Positions 51,601 to 64,000 of a stretch of DNA of 64,000 nt are shown piece after piece. This DNA comes from Octopus vulgaris (taxonomy: Eukaryota), in assembly GCA_951406725.2 (NCBI GenBank), contig OX597814.1, positions 144,894,001-144,958,000 of the forward strand, written 5' to 3'. Each line of letters starts with the position of its first letter. Within the stretch, counting starts at the first letter, position 1. The notes under the pieces are model-generated. The model was not told where the DNA came from. It saw only the letters and a program-made list of their open reading frames with translations, and ran no database searches. A program made the translations under genes and the position numbers.

Positions 51601-53515
51601 ATGAGAGATGAAATGATCGATAAAAAAATGACGAAAGAGAAATATAATTGTAACTTAAGGTCGTTGACAAGTTGCTATGACAATAGAAGAACGTCACGAA
51701 GCCATAGCAAAGTTACGTTTAAGAAATTGATTTGAGACTTATGAAAACATAAGAAAAAATATATCTTTTTCACTTACGTAATTGAAACCGAAGTAAAATG
51801 ATTATTTTTGAAAAGTGATTTATAGTGAAAATTCTGAACTAGGTTTTTAGTGGCAAACTAGCGAAATTTACTTTAGTGAGCGTTGCGAGTTCTGAAATTA
51901 GGTTTTTAAATCTTTTTTTCGTAGTTTTACTACTAAATAAGAGATAATTGAATTCGTGTAAAGAGAAACAATCCTATTACTTTGATGGCGTTAAACGTAA
52001 GCCAATGGAGCAGAAAGTGTTGTTGTTAAAGCTACTGCACGTGAAAAATGATCAAAGCTCAAATGATGCCATGACTCCAGTTTTTATTTTCTTGCACTTC
52101 CGGAAGACATTTAGATAATCATGAGAGCGGAAAGCTCAGATCTATATCGTATGTGCTCTCTTTCTCCGCCCTCTTTCTCTTCCTTTCCCTCTTCCTCTCT
52201 CTCTCTCACAGACACACACAGGCAACTGCCTACATTCAAACACACGCGCACACATGTCTGTGTGTGTGCATGTGTGCGCCTGCGCGTCTGTGTGTGTATA
52301 TGTATGTATATTTATATGTATCTCTAAATATGTGTATATATATATAGACAGATACATATATATTGTACATGTATATATGCATATACATGTATATTTATGT
52401 AATATATGTGCGCCTACGGATATATATGTCTGTACACACACACGCACATATATGTATATATATATATATATATGTATGTATATTTATATATATATATATA
52501 TATATATTCATATATATATATATATACATACATATATGTGTGTTTATACACACACATACATACACAAATATATATAAATGTGTGATGTATGCATGATGTT
52601 TATATGTATATATATGCATATACATTATACATTCATTCACAGAGATGTATATGTGTTGATAAATTCACTTATGCACACATGCTGCATGAGATATATATAT
52701 GTACATGCGAGAGATGTTGAAAAGATAAGAAATGAAGACAAGGAGAAAAGAAGACAAACAGAAGAAGAAAAAGAAAGAAATGGTGATGATGATGACGATG
52801 AAGATAAAGAATAAGAACAACAACAATGAAAGAGGATAAGAAATAGAGATAGGAAGAAGAAATGTATGAGAGAAAGATTAAGAGGAAAATAATTTTTCAT
52901 GATTTAGACTGTGAAATAAATATGTTAGCGATCGCAATGAAATGAGAAGTGGTTTAAGATAACAGTAAATAGTAAATTTTCCGTCTTGAGTAGAGAGAAT
53001 AGTAATAAATAAAATATAATTATAAGAGATATACAGTCCAATGAGATACATAAAGAAAACTTTAGATCAGTCTATCTATAGATCATTCATTGTGGTGTAG
53101 ATTCTAAATAATACATTATATGAAGCTAGCGATAAGGAAAGAAAAAAATAATGCTTGTGATGTATTTAATGTCTATGAAAGGCATTAAATACATGCAGAC
53201 TTAGAGATAAGATTATTGAGAATTACGTTATTTTTTTCCTACTTTGATTAGTCCACTAGTTTCACTTATTGGGTTGCGGCCATGATGGGGCAACGTCTTA
53301 AAGTGATTTAGTCAATTATATTCCTTCTGATACTCTGTCTGGTACATATTCTATCGATCAAGCAGGGGCCAAAGATTAAGTCGTCTTTGCCATAAAACAA
53401 TATAACTTGGCCGAAACTAAATATCGCAGTATGTTTTTGGCTTGCTACTTTGACACACCGAATTTTGTCCACCCCGAGAAAATGTATTGGTTTGACGCTC
53501 AAGAAGAATGGAAGT

Positions 53516-53551
53516 CTTTGACGTTTCGAGCCTACGCTCTTCGGCAGAAAG
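53516..53551 (-). ncRNA. Minimal hammerhead-like motif (CUGCCGA core variant)
   Basis: Minus strand: CTTT-CTGCCGA-AGAGC GTAG GCTC-GAAAC-GTC-AAAG, near a (CA)n tract. Confidence 0.5.
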
Positions 53552-53586
53552 GGTTCAAAGGAAAAACAGGAGAGAGAACGAAAGAT

Positions 53587-53624
<38 letters not shown>

Positions 53625-53848
53625 TTGCTACTATGTTAAACTGTCGTATGTCCCAAATTTGTCCAAATCCGTTTTTTCAATATTTAATTTTGCTTGCAAT
53701 AGCCGGTTCTTTTGGTCAAACTATATCGTATCTACAACTGCGTCAGATAAAAATTGTCAAAGTGCAGTACAATGGTTTAGCTGAAACTATTTTTTCGTTT
53801 TCTGAAAAAGCAACGTTTTGGACTTACGACACTTTTGCACAATAGCAA

Positions 53849-53919
<71 letters not shown>

Positions 53920-53920
<1 letters not shown>

Positions 53921-54099
53921 TTAATAAAAGGGTTCGGCAAAGATTTGCTTTGCCACATACCGAAGTTTAGAAATAGCAGCCATGAATCTTAGCTATTTCT
54001 TCTACTTTAAACACTTAAGTTTACCGTGAAATGGTCTTTTTTCATACCGAATTCTACTTGGTGAAATTATTGATTACTTCTTAATTAATTAATTTTACC

Positions 54100-54102
<3 letters not shown>
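53920..54102. mobile_element. Short unique insert between two (TA)n tracts, related to the 47-kb element
   Basis: AGGGTTCGGCAAAGATTTGCTTTGCCAC and TAGAAATAGCAGCCA resemble reverse-strand motifs of the 484-bp unit. Confidence 0.45.
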
Positions 54103-54467
<365 letters not shown>

Positions 54468-54543
54468 TATATATAAATGTATATATATATATATATGTAA
54501 ATATATAAATGTATATATATATGTATGTATATATTTATATGTA

Positions 54544-54848
54544 TATATTATATTAAATTAGAGACAAAACCACTATTATGCAAATCAAACAAAGAAAGAC
54601 TTAAGCCAATACATAAATTAATTTATATTATTTAGAAATGTAACAATTAATAATTATTAATAATTGTTACATTTCTAAATAATATAAATTAATTTATGTA
54701 TTGGCTTAAGTCTTTGTTTGATTTGCATAATAGTGGTTTTGTCTCTAATTTAATATAATATAAAATTTGACTATAAAATTGGATTCAATCCTAAATCTGA
54801 TTTTTTCCTGTAAGTTTGGATTTATTCCCTAATATTTATTATTAATTA
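54544..54848 (+). mobile_element. Fold-back insert (~105-bp-arm palindrome 54544-54762 plus tail) in a TA tract
   Basis: Arms match apart from a 4-bp indel; homologous to 16815-17016. Confidence 0.75.
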
Positions 54849-54859
54849 ATATATATCTA

Positions 54860-54966
<107 letters not shown>

Positions 54967-54978
54967 TTCATCGTTTTC

Positions 54979-55014
54979 CTTTCTGCTGAAAAGCGTAGGC
55001 TCGAAACGTAACAG
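54979..55014 (+). ncRNA. Second, more degenerate copy of the minimal HHR-like motif
   Basis: CTTT-CTGCTGA-AAAGC GTAG GCTC-GAAAC-GTA-ACAG; downstream sequence is also similar to the 53.5-kb copy. Confidence 0.4.
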
Positions 55015-55115
55015 ACTTTCTCACCTTCCCGACAGTTAAACTAATACACCCGTTTGTTGTTTATACGCCTCTCTTTGCCTTTTGTTTTTCTGTAAATTTC
55101 AACTCTCTGTCTGTC

Positions 55116-55192
<77 letters not shown>

Positions 55193-55955
55193 CACCACAA
55201 AGAAAACCTCTTGAAATTTTTATCCTTGATCCATCGCACATCCATGAAAATAGAATGGAGAGAGGAATGTCCCATAACTCAATTGGTCCCTATTTCAGCT
55301 AAATAAACTAGGGTTACATAAAATAAAGTGTCTTTGTTGACCAGATCCAAGAATCAAACATACGACCTCATGACTTTGAGCATAGCACCGAAACCACTAC
55401 CCCACGTGCTTTCACAAAGCTGGTGCTACATACGCACCACAGGTAATTAAATCGACCGAAACGTCAAAATTTGTGGTTTTATGCCAAAATTGGAGAGCAT
55501 TTCTTTCCCTATAACTTGTACAAAAAATAAAAATAAATTTTATAGAATCAGAAAATGGAGAAAATTGTTGAAGCTATACGATATAAATAAATGTACTGGA
55601 ATATTTTAGCTTGCCAAAAGAGAAATTAATGACTTGGAGAAGCCGGTGGTTTAAGTAATAAGAAATAATTTGAGATAACTGTCAAGGTTATTTCAAAAAT
55701 ATATTATAAATCAGAAGGAAAACAGTTAAAGCGAGCTTTTTTTTTTCGTCTCATTATTAATTGTTCCAGAGGGTAAGAAAAATGAATGATACTATGAGAT
55801 GTCTTTCGAAAGAAGACGTCTATAGATGTGGCCAGCAAGTAATGTTTTGTATCACTGGTTTTTATTGAGACAAGACGATGAATATTTCTATGTGTGAATA
55901 TTTCAAACTCTTTCCCTCTCTATTGATATTTATTTCCATCTCTCTCCTGTTCACT

Positions 55956-56021
<66 letters not shown>

Positions 56022-56251
56022 ATAGTGACTTCGAAGTTTCGCCCATTAAAGCCATCGTTCGACGATGCCAATTATATTCTTGTTTAAGAATAATAAATTT
56101 GCACTCTATAAAAATATAGACTAACCCATGAGATTAATGCTAAATTGGCTTTTATAATAACTGAAAACATCTCTTGCTCTCTCTTCCTTCCGTCTCGCTC
56201 TCCCCCTCTCTCTCTGTGACACACACACATACACACACATGTGTATAGGCA

Positions 56252-56450
56252 GAAGTTCGTGGCTTAGTGGTTTGAGTGTTGCACTGAAAATCGTACGAAA
56301 GTTGTTTTGATTCCTGTATAGGCGATGCGCTGTGTTCTTTAGCAAAACACTTTATTTAACGTTGCTTCACTTCTCTGAACTGGATGAAAAATGAGTAACC
56401 CTGCGACAGTTCAGTATCTAGTCTTGCAGGTGGGGAATATATACGCCATA
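56252..56450 (+). mobile_element. SINE family B-related copy
   Basis: GTGGCTTAGTGGTT head, collinear with 7871-8090. Confidence 0.65.
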
Positions 56451-56477
56451 GAATACATACATACATACATACATACA

Positions 56478-56567
<90 letters not shown>

Positions 56568-56704
56568 CTAATTATATACAATTTATTTATTATTTAGTAC
56601 TTTAGTTTTCGGTAAATGTGTTATCGTATCTTTAATTTTTTTTCAATATGGTATGATTTAAATATATCATTGTTGAATTGCTTCATGGTGGTTCTTCTCT
56701 AATT

Positions 56705-56754
<50 letters not shown>

Positions 56755-58254
56755 ACTGTATAATAATATATCATAATAATATATTGCTATACAGTCATTG
56801 TTTTACTATGCGTCCTCCGTAGTAGCTTTCTCTCCGTAACTTACAAAGCCTTTCCGGCTTGTTTACAGATATTATATATATCTGTTAATCTTAGATCAGA
56901 TTTTGAGATGATACATGTTAACATACACACATACATACAGAAAAAATATATTAATCCAATACGTAAGAATAAACATGAGTTATCCATGTGAAAAAAGGAA
57001 GAGCACAACACCCTACTAATGGATGAAAAGGGATTCAGTGGAGGTGAGGGATGAATGATGCGACAAACGAAATATACCTGATTTTGAACCGACTTAAGCC
57101 TTCTCCGAAATTGCTGGTCTTGTGACTAAATAAGACACCAATATTTAGGATATATACCAACTAACTCTACCAAATACTAAAAACAACACCCACTGAATGA
57201 TAGTGAGAAAGTACCACAAAAATTTAATTGGGAAATCTATTGTATACATGCAAATATTCTAACAGAGTAAGTTGCTTTGAAACTACAATTATCAATGCTC
57301 TGTGACGATGCGTTAGTCGGAACGCACCATGCTCTAAAGAGATCCTTCGATCAAATTCAAATTTGCGAATTCTTCAGAAATTCTCTAGCTTTCTATAAAC
57401 AATGCCATTCATCGTTCAACATGATTTTTAATTGACCCAACTCAGGCTAGCAGGTCAATGGTGTTATGTCAATAACTTTTTGTACTGTATAAATTATGAA
57501 TTCCGCGTGATTTATTTCGGTTCTACGCAGTATTCAAGCCAATCACTAGCAAAATCACAAGGAATTTACTTTTTATCTAATTCAAGATAATTCTAGGGAT
57601 TTCTGAATATGTAAAATTGTGTGTGCCGATATGAAGTGCATATGCTCATCATCTTGTAGTGGGGGTATGTTTCTTTTGTAAACGAATATGAGTGGTTGTG
57701 TATGGTTACTTCTTATGTACGCCATAAGCATGCCACAAGCACAAAAGTAATTTTCTGTAAATGGTCATTTCCTTGGATTTAAACGATGCAAATTAGTTTA
57801 CTTTATTCATTCCTCGCATACTCAAGCATTTTCAAGCCTTTTCTGAAAATCTGCTGTTTGCAAAAACTTGTTAATATATAACAATAGACGCAAATGAATA
57901 TATACAGCCTAGATACAAGTGCAGGTTCTGACGTGCCTTTGATGTCACCGTGAGAACAATTCTTTCTATTGATGGCGTTGGAAAGGAATTTTGAAGAAAA
58001 TTGTCTCAAGGCAGTAATTTGCGGCCACTTTCGGTAAGCTTTCAACGATGTGATATCTCCTACATAGCATGGTAAAAACAACATTTTTTAGCACAACATA
58101 AAGGTTTGAAGTCATTCTTATGTCTTTTATTAATCAATTATTCGCCTTTTCCTGTATAGCAACAGTATATTCTTCTGGACTGAATGGATGTATTTTATCA
58201 CTTGTCGAAGAGACGCTGCACTTCTTGTTAATATTGTTGTGTTGATATCTTAAA

Positions 58255-58465
58255 AGCGGCGAGCTGGCAAAATTGTTAGCACGCCGGGAAAAATGCTTAG
58301 CAGCATTTTGTCTTTCTTTATGTTTTGAGGCCAAATTCTGCCGAGGTCGACATTGTATTTCCTCGTTTCGGGTTGATAGACTAAGTACTAGTTGAACACT
58401 AGGATCGATGTAATCGACTTACCATCTCCCAGAACCTGCTGGCATTATGCTAAATTTGAAATCAA
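58255..58465 (+). mobile_element. SINE family A copy
   Basis: GCGGCGAGCTGGCAAAATTGTTAGCACG head and core; another degenerate copy lies at 59240-59420. Confidence 0.8.
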
Positions 58466-58654
58466 TATTGTCGGCATCTTCTTGCTTATGAGATATGAAT
58501 ATCTGCATCACTTTTTGCTGTTATGGTGAGTGTTCCGCCTCCAAGTTTCTGTTCAATTTGATTAATATAGATGTCCATGGGTTACATTAAAACAGCTGAA
58601 CGCTCAGAGTACTTATTCAGGAGTTTTTTCCTAGTTTCAGTATATCATTATTAT

Positions 58655-59210
58655 TGAGTGAGAGAGCAGTGCATGCCATCAAAGTGACACTGAGGTAAAA
58701 TATACGAAGTCCAGCATACCCATCATGACTACCCGTCTGATAAGTGTACACCAGGCACAACCACACGTGCGTGACATGGCGATCTCATATCAAGGATAAA
58801 CAGCGCATGACCTTGCAGGTGGGGCCCAGTTAGAATTTTCTTCTGGTCGGGTAGCCCGTCCCGCTCAAAAAGTCCCTGAATAAGGGTTGTTTAAGTATGA
58901 TGAACGAACCACCCATGTTTCCAAAGGTAAATTATCCAAACCTCCAAGAATTCCTTTCAACACACGTTTATGATGCTATGCTCCCCAACCACTTCTGCTA
59001 TGATCAGAGATGCACATATCGTCAGCCACTAAGGGATATGGTCAACTGGTTAAGGTCAAACAACTGACAAGCAAATCTGTGGTATTGAGAAGAATATTTG
59101 CTGTAGCCCATCTTTTATACCAAGACAAAACAATGTACATGATAACACTTCGAATCAGTTAAGGTCAGGAATCATGAGAGCCACTGTCTGGTACTGCATC
59201 AGGGCATTTA
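58655..59210. repeat. Dispersed ~550-bp repeat of unknown class
   Basis: More GC-rich block bounded by ATT-rich runs; partial second copy at 6510-6668. Confidence 0.6.
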
Positions 59211-59429
59211 TTATTATCATTGTTATTACTATTATTAAAGGTGGCAACCGGATAGAACCGTTAGTACGCAACACAAAATACTTAGTATTTCGTACGTTTT
59301 GATCTCCTGAGTTCAAATTCCGCCAAGGTCGGCATTGTCTTTCCTCCTTTCGGGGTTGATAAAATAAGCACCAGTGAAGAGCTGAGGACGATGTAATTAA
59401 CTTCCCAATCCACTCAAAACTACATGTCT

Positions 59430-60070
59430 AATGCCAAAATTTCAAATCGTCATTTCTGCTGTTAAGTATACATGTGATGTTTTCATTTCTACCTTTAGTT
59501 TTTAGTAGGTATTGTCTAAGTGATACGATGTGACCCTCAGAGACTGTTCTGCTAATGTCATTGTTGATGCGGAACTTGGTCGCAGTGGTGCGTATCTTTC
59601 TAGTCACGGTGTCCAAGTTGCAGGTCTCTTCAAGTGTCCAATCAACTATTCTAAATATCATACTCTAATGCACTGGAAGAGCAAAAGTTTTATGAGATAT
59701 GGTATTATTGAATTCAAACATGTCTAACTTCCATATTTTCTGGATTTTACTGACATATTCCTTTTCAGACAAGTTTTCCTCATGTATACACAATATTCTC
59801 AGTGGAGATAAGGGAGATAGACAGGCCATTCGTATCCATATTCTTTGGCAAAAACATCAAGTGATTACCAAATGAGGCATTTACACTGACCAAAATCTAT
59901 TCCTATGTTCTGTGAGAATGTTCTGAATAGCTCTCAGTGTATCATGAAATCGAATATTACCTTAATATAGATTAAAGCAATCGACCAAAAAAAAAAAAAT
60001 GTGTAACATGAAGTCTTCTATCCTCTAGAGATTCTGACAAGTAGCCTTGCCATTTCCTGAACAGAGTTTA
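59430..60070 (-). mobile_element. Decayed non-LTR RT fragment (possibly R4/Dong-like)
   Basis: WTLEETCNLDTVTRKI...NDISR resembles the W..EL..LD..TRK motif downstream of the RT core. Further weak RT-like remnants lie near 57800-58230. Confidence 0.4.
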
Positions 60071-61510
60071 CAAGGATTCACTGTCAGAACGAAGAATGTG
60101 TGGTTGTTTGTTCCTTCTCGAGCCATGCCTAGCTAATAAGGGCCTGTTTCCTGGTTTCATTGGTGCATAGGTTCCCCGGCTGGATGGGACACCGGTCCAT
60201 TGCAGGTGAGCTGCTAGATGCAGGAGGAAAGAGTGAGAGTAATTTGTGGCCAAAGAGTCAGCAGAGGTTCGACATTACCTTCTGCTAGAGCCGTGTGGAG
60301 CTTGTTGTCCCCTCACCATTTTGTGTTTTGATTTCTGTACATTTCAACCACACACACAAACACAGAGTTTTATTTTAAGATGTCTTGCCAATAGGGAAAG
60401 AATCGGTATCTAACCTAGATCCAAGGCTTCTTCATTGGAATTTCAACAACATCAACGCGTTTTTTTTACATGTATGTATATGTGTATGTGTGTATGCATG
60501 TGTGTGTGTGTGTTTGTGTGTGCAAATCAGGTGCAGTTGAACGTTAGGCGTATTAATGGTCAACTGGAATTTATACAAGATACGGGTTTAGTAATATCAT
60601 TTATATTAAAGTGATGTTTAATATGGATATGAAAATATTCACTTCGACAGTTCGATGAAGTGCATATACGTGAAAGGAGATATTGCGATTAAAAAATGCC
60701 AAACATTTAGAATTGGATAAATTTTAAATGATATTGAAAATTCTTTAATAAAATTCTTAAAAACCATAGGGAAAGGATATCGCTAAGATTGTTGAATGCT
60801 TTGAATGAATATTTTAATTCACCAAGATTAATATTTGATGAGTTGAAAGCACAAGAAGGTCTGGGGAATGGCTGTAAGTTGATTTGCCATTAATATGGCT
60901 TGAATTTTATTTGGCTGTCAACTATATATAAGAACTGAAAGAGATAGTCAATCAAAATAGTAATGTGTATTTGCCTTAAGTTGTCTTCTGCAATTTTCCA
61001 TTTTAAAGTAAAATGAAAAAAGTAAAGTTGATAAGAGACTATGATAAAATAATGTGGAATATAGACTGAAATAGAATTTAAGAAATAAATATAATGCAGT
61101 CGGTTGAGTGTTTTATAGTATTAAATTGTATAAGACATTGAAAATTACAGTGTAAGATTGAAAAGTCATTGATATATAGTTAAGAATTTCTCTTAGCAAA
61201 CTAAATGGTTTCAGGTTCAGTTCCACTACACATTGGTCAACTGTTTTTTTTTTGTTTTTACTATAGCCCGCATCAGCCAATGCAATGTGAGCGAATTTGG
61301 TGAACGGAATCTGTGTGAATGTTCATTGTATACATATTTACATATAGAAAAACACACACATATGTTTATACACATATGTTCATGTGTATGTATTGTGCGC
61401 GTGAATATGTCACCCTACCGCTTGAGAGCACGTGTTAAAATTAGTACCAGTGTCAAGGCGGTGAGCATGCAGAATCCTTAGATCGTAACTACGCTCTGCT
61501 ACAGTTAAAA

Positions 61511-61742
61511 GGCAGCGAGCTGGCAGAATCGTTAGCACGCCGGGAAAAATGCGTAGCCGTATTTCGTCTGTCGTTACGTTCTGAGTTCAAATTCAGTCGA
61601 GGTCGACTTTGGTTTTCATCCTTTCGGGGTAGATAAATTAAGTACCAGTTAGGCACTGGGGTCGATGTAATCAACTTAATCCGTTTGTCTGCCCTTGTTT
61701 GTCCTCTCTGTGTTTAGTCCCTTGTGGGTAGTAAAGAAATAG
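61511..61742 (+). mobile_element. SINE family A monomer
   Basis: Full head, core and tail. Confidence 0.9.
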
Positions 61743-61758
61743 CTGAGCTTGCAGAATC

Positions 61759-63404
61759 ATCGCACTCTTCCGGTGTTTTACAAGGTGTACGTGAGTCATT
61801 TTTGACGGTATTTTCAGTGTTAACAACGTTTAGTTTGTTTCAGTGTTTTAACACTTCGATTAATTATTTTTGTGCTGCTTTCCAGCAATTTTCTTGTGCT
61901 TCCCCTCCTCAGGCGGGTCGGCTTAGTGAAAAAGATCTCTGAAGATGACTCCAGCTTTTCAGATATGTCGTCTTCAGAGGAAGAATTTTTTAAAACGGTC
62001 AAAAGAATGGACGAAAAAGTAAATGAAGAAAGAGAAACTTTGCGGACTTGGCAAAGTGCCAGGAAAATATATTGATATTGGTAAATTTGAAAATTATAAA
62101 AATTTATTAATTCTGGATGGATTTGACGTTAAATTGTCCCCTCCCCCCACAAGAGACGCTTAATAATATGAAAAAAGAACAATGTTGTACAGAACATTTT
62201 CAATAATTAAAGGAAAAATTGATGTCATGACCACGGGTCAATTAGAAAAAGCGTTAAGACCAATATGGCATGAAATTGTGTACTAAGTTCGGAGTAGTGG
62301 AGGTGAGATTCAAGGACGCGGCAACGGCAAAAAAGCACGCAGCAACTACCATTAAGAGGGAGGAAGTGGTGCTTTTGCTCACTTACCGTGGACAACGTGC
62401 GACCAGAGTTAGGGTGGTGGGAAATCCGCCAGAGATAGATATGGCCTGGATAGCAGCCGCTGTCTTTCTGGGAAATGAGGGCAACATAGCGATTCTCCAC
62501 GTCACAAAATGCAAAGTGTTATATGGAAGGGACAGATACTGGACATGATTATTCAAGGTTAAACCGAAACCCTAGAAAACATTACAGAAACAATAATTAC
62601 GGACGAGGTCAGGATAGAGGGCAGAATCCCTCGATGCTTTAAATGTGGCCTGAAGGGCCACATCAGAGCGGACTGCCCTTCACAGACCAAAAAGACGGAG
62701 GAGATACAAGAGGAAGAGCCCCAGAAAGAGCAAGAAAATAGAGAGGAAAAATATCAACAGAAGTAGAAATGAAACAGACAACGAATGGGAAATAGGAAAA
62801 AAGGAACAAGAGGAAAAGAAAAAAATCAAGCCCCATAACCACCCAGCACCCACCCACAACCTCTTCAACCCACCCTTCCTCTACGGACACCAAACCTGCC
62901 CATCTCCCTCTGACACAGAAAAATGTACAAACAGACAAGAACTCCCAAACTACCCCGCCAGACAAAAAGAGAAAGAAACAAAATGCCAAATGAAAAACTG
63001 TGTAAAGAAGTGTTATCTTGGGTAGACTTTAAAACAGTTGGAACAACGAGTTTTGACAGCATAAACGGATGGCACTGTTACGCGTTGTGCTCGGCTGAAC
63101 AGAAAGAAAAAAATAACAAGATTTAAAAGCGGAGGTGAAATTGGATTGGTACGTATTACCAGAGTATATGACATATGAGGAAGTGGTGGAAGAATTTGGA
63201 ATAGATATTCTTTCAGGAACGAAGTTTAAAAGGTATAAATGAAGCTGCTCTGAAGTGAGGCAGAGTGGCTTCATTCCAGTTTTCTTTTCACTTTTCATGT
63301 CATTTTTTTCATACGTTGGTTCTAATTTCTTTTTCTCTGTATGTCCTCATATGTTGTGTATTGTCCCCTCTATGTTCGTCCCGTAGTGGGTAATAAAAAG
63401 ATTT
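61759..63404 (+). mobile_element. ORF1-only Tx1/L1-like element (HAL1-like), decayed
   Basis: Disrupted ORF with FGVVEVRF...YRGQRATRVRV and a CCHC knuckle CFKCGLKGHIRADC (62635-62676). No APE/RT before the 3' end; GAATC on both flanks. Confidence 0.65.
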
Positions 63405-63570
63405 GAATCGTTAGCATGCTGGGCAAAATGTTTAGCGGCATTTCGTCCATCTTTACATTCTGATTTCAAATTCCGCTGTGGTCGACTTTGACTTTCATCG
63501 TTTTCGGGCCGATTAAATAAGTACCATTTGGACACTGAGATAGATGTAATAGATTTATTCCCACCCCAAT
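63405..63570 (+). mobile_element. SINE family A (3' part of a copy interrupted by the element above)
   Basis: Resumes at GAATCGTTAGCATGC; the missing 5' bases are at 61742-61758. Confidence 0.75.
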
Positions 63571-63804
63571 GACTACAAACAAAAAAGGTATGTATATACA
63601 CATACCATTTCACACTGTATATTTATATCATACCTATATATTATACTTAATTACTATTCGTATTTTAAGATTTACTTCAGTCATAGACAAATTTCAGTGT
63701 GATACAGGACTATATTTTATTTACAGTATTGTAGTCACTCAAACTGCCGACAGTGTGCTTGTAGTTGAGTAATTACGTATCACATTATCCTCGTAATACA
63801 AGTA

Positions 63805-64000
63805 CAATAATCCCTCGCCATATCGCGGTTCACCTATCGCGCACTCAGTACATCGCGATTTTTTCTGGCTAATATATGTAAATTTATATTGCGGACTCCT
63901 CATTATATCGCGAGCTTCTGCTACCGATAGGAATTTTTAATTTTTTTCGATTTGAATTATTTCTGTGGAAGGTTTTGGAACGTAACACCCACGATAGTAA
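63805..64000. mobile_element. Tigger/pogo-like MITE, running off the window end
   Basis: TA-CAATAATCCCTCGCCATATCGCGG terminus with repeated ATCGCG motifs; GGAACGTAACACCCACGATAG at the window edge resembles the approaching right end. Confidence 0.55.

Overview
AT-rich, repeat-saturated eukaryotic genomic DNA. The tRNA-derived SINE families, dense (TA)n/(CA)n microsatellites and LINE complement look like an octopod cephalopod genome; this is inferred from repeat style and not proven. I found no confidently identifiable host protein-coding gene, rRNA, true tRNA gene or CRISPR array. Most ORFs in the track are microsatellite artefacts. Recognisable content: one near-complete CR1-group LINE (APE+RT, 17.8-21.2 kb); a 5'-truncated CR1-group LINE (42.6-44.5 kb); Tx1/L1-like fragments; an ORF1-only (HAL1-like) element; RTE 3' ends; a decayed Tc1/mariner transposon; several MITEs; and about 25 SINE copies. 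The most notable signal is a set of hammerhead-ribozyme (HHR) carrying, non-coding, Penelope-like/retrozyme elements in or next to dinucleotide microsatellites. The best example is a young ~484-bp tandem array at 47.3-48.5 kb. It has two complete type I hammerheads, a G-U-rich extended stem II, an inverted 5' segment and a >=55-bp flanking direct duplication. Related fold-back inserts and further HHR-like motifs occur at 3.6, 16.8, 24.0-24.6, 53.5, 54.5 and 55.0 kb. Separately, the tail of the dominant SINE matches the 3' ends of two Tx1-like elements in this window.
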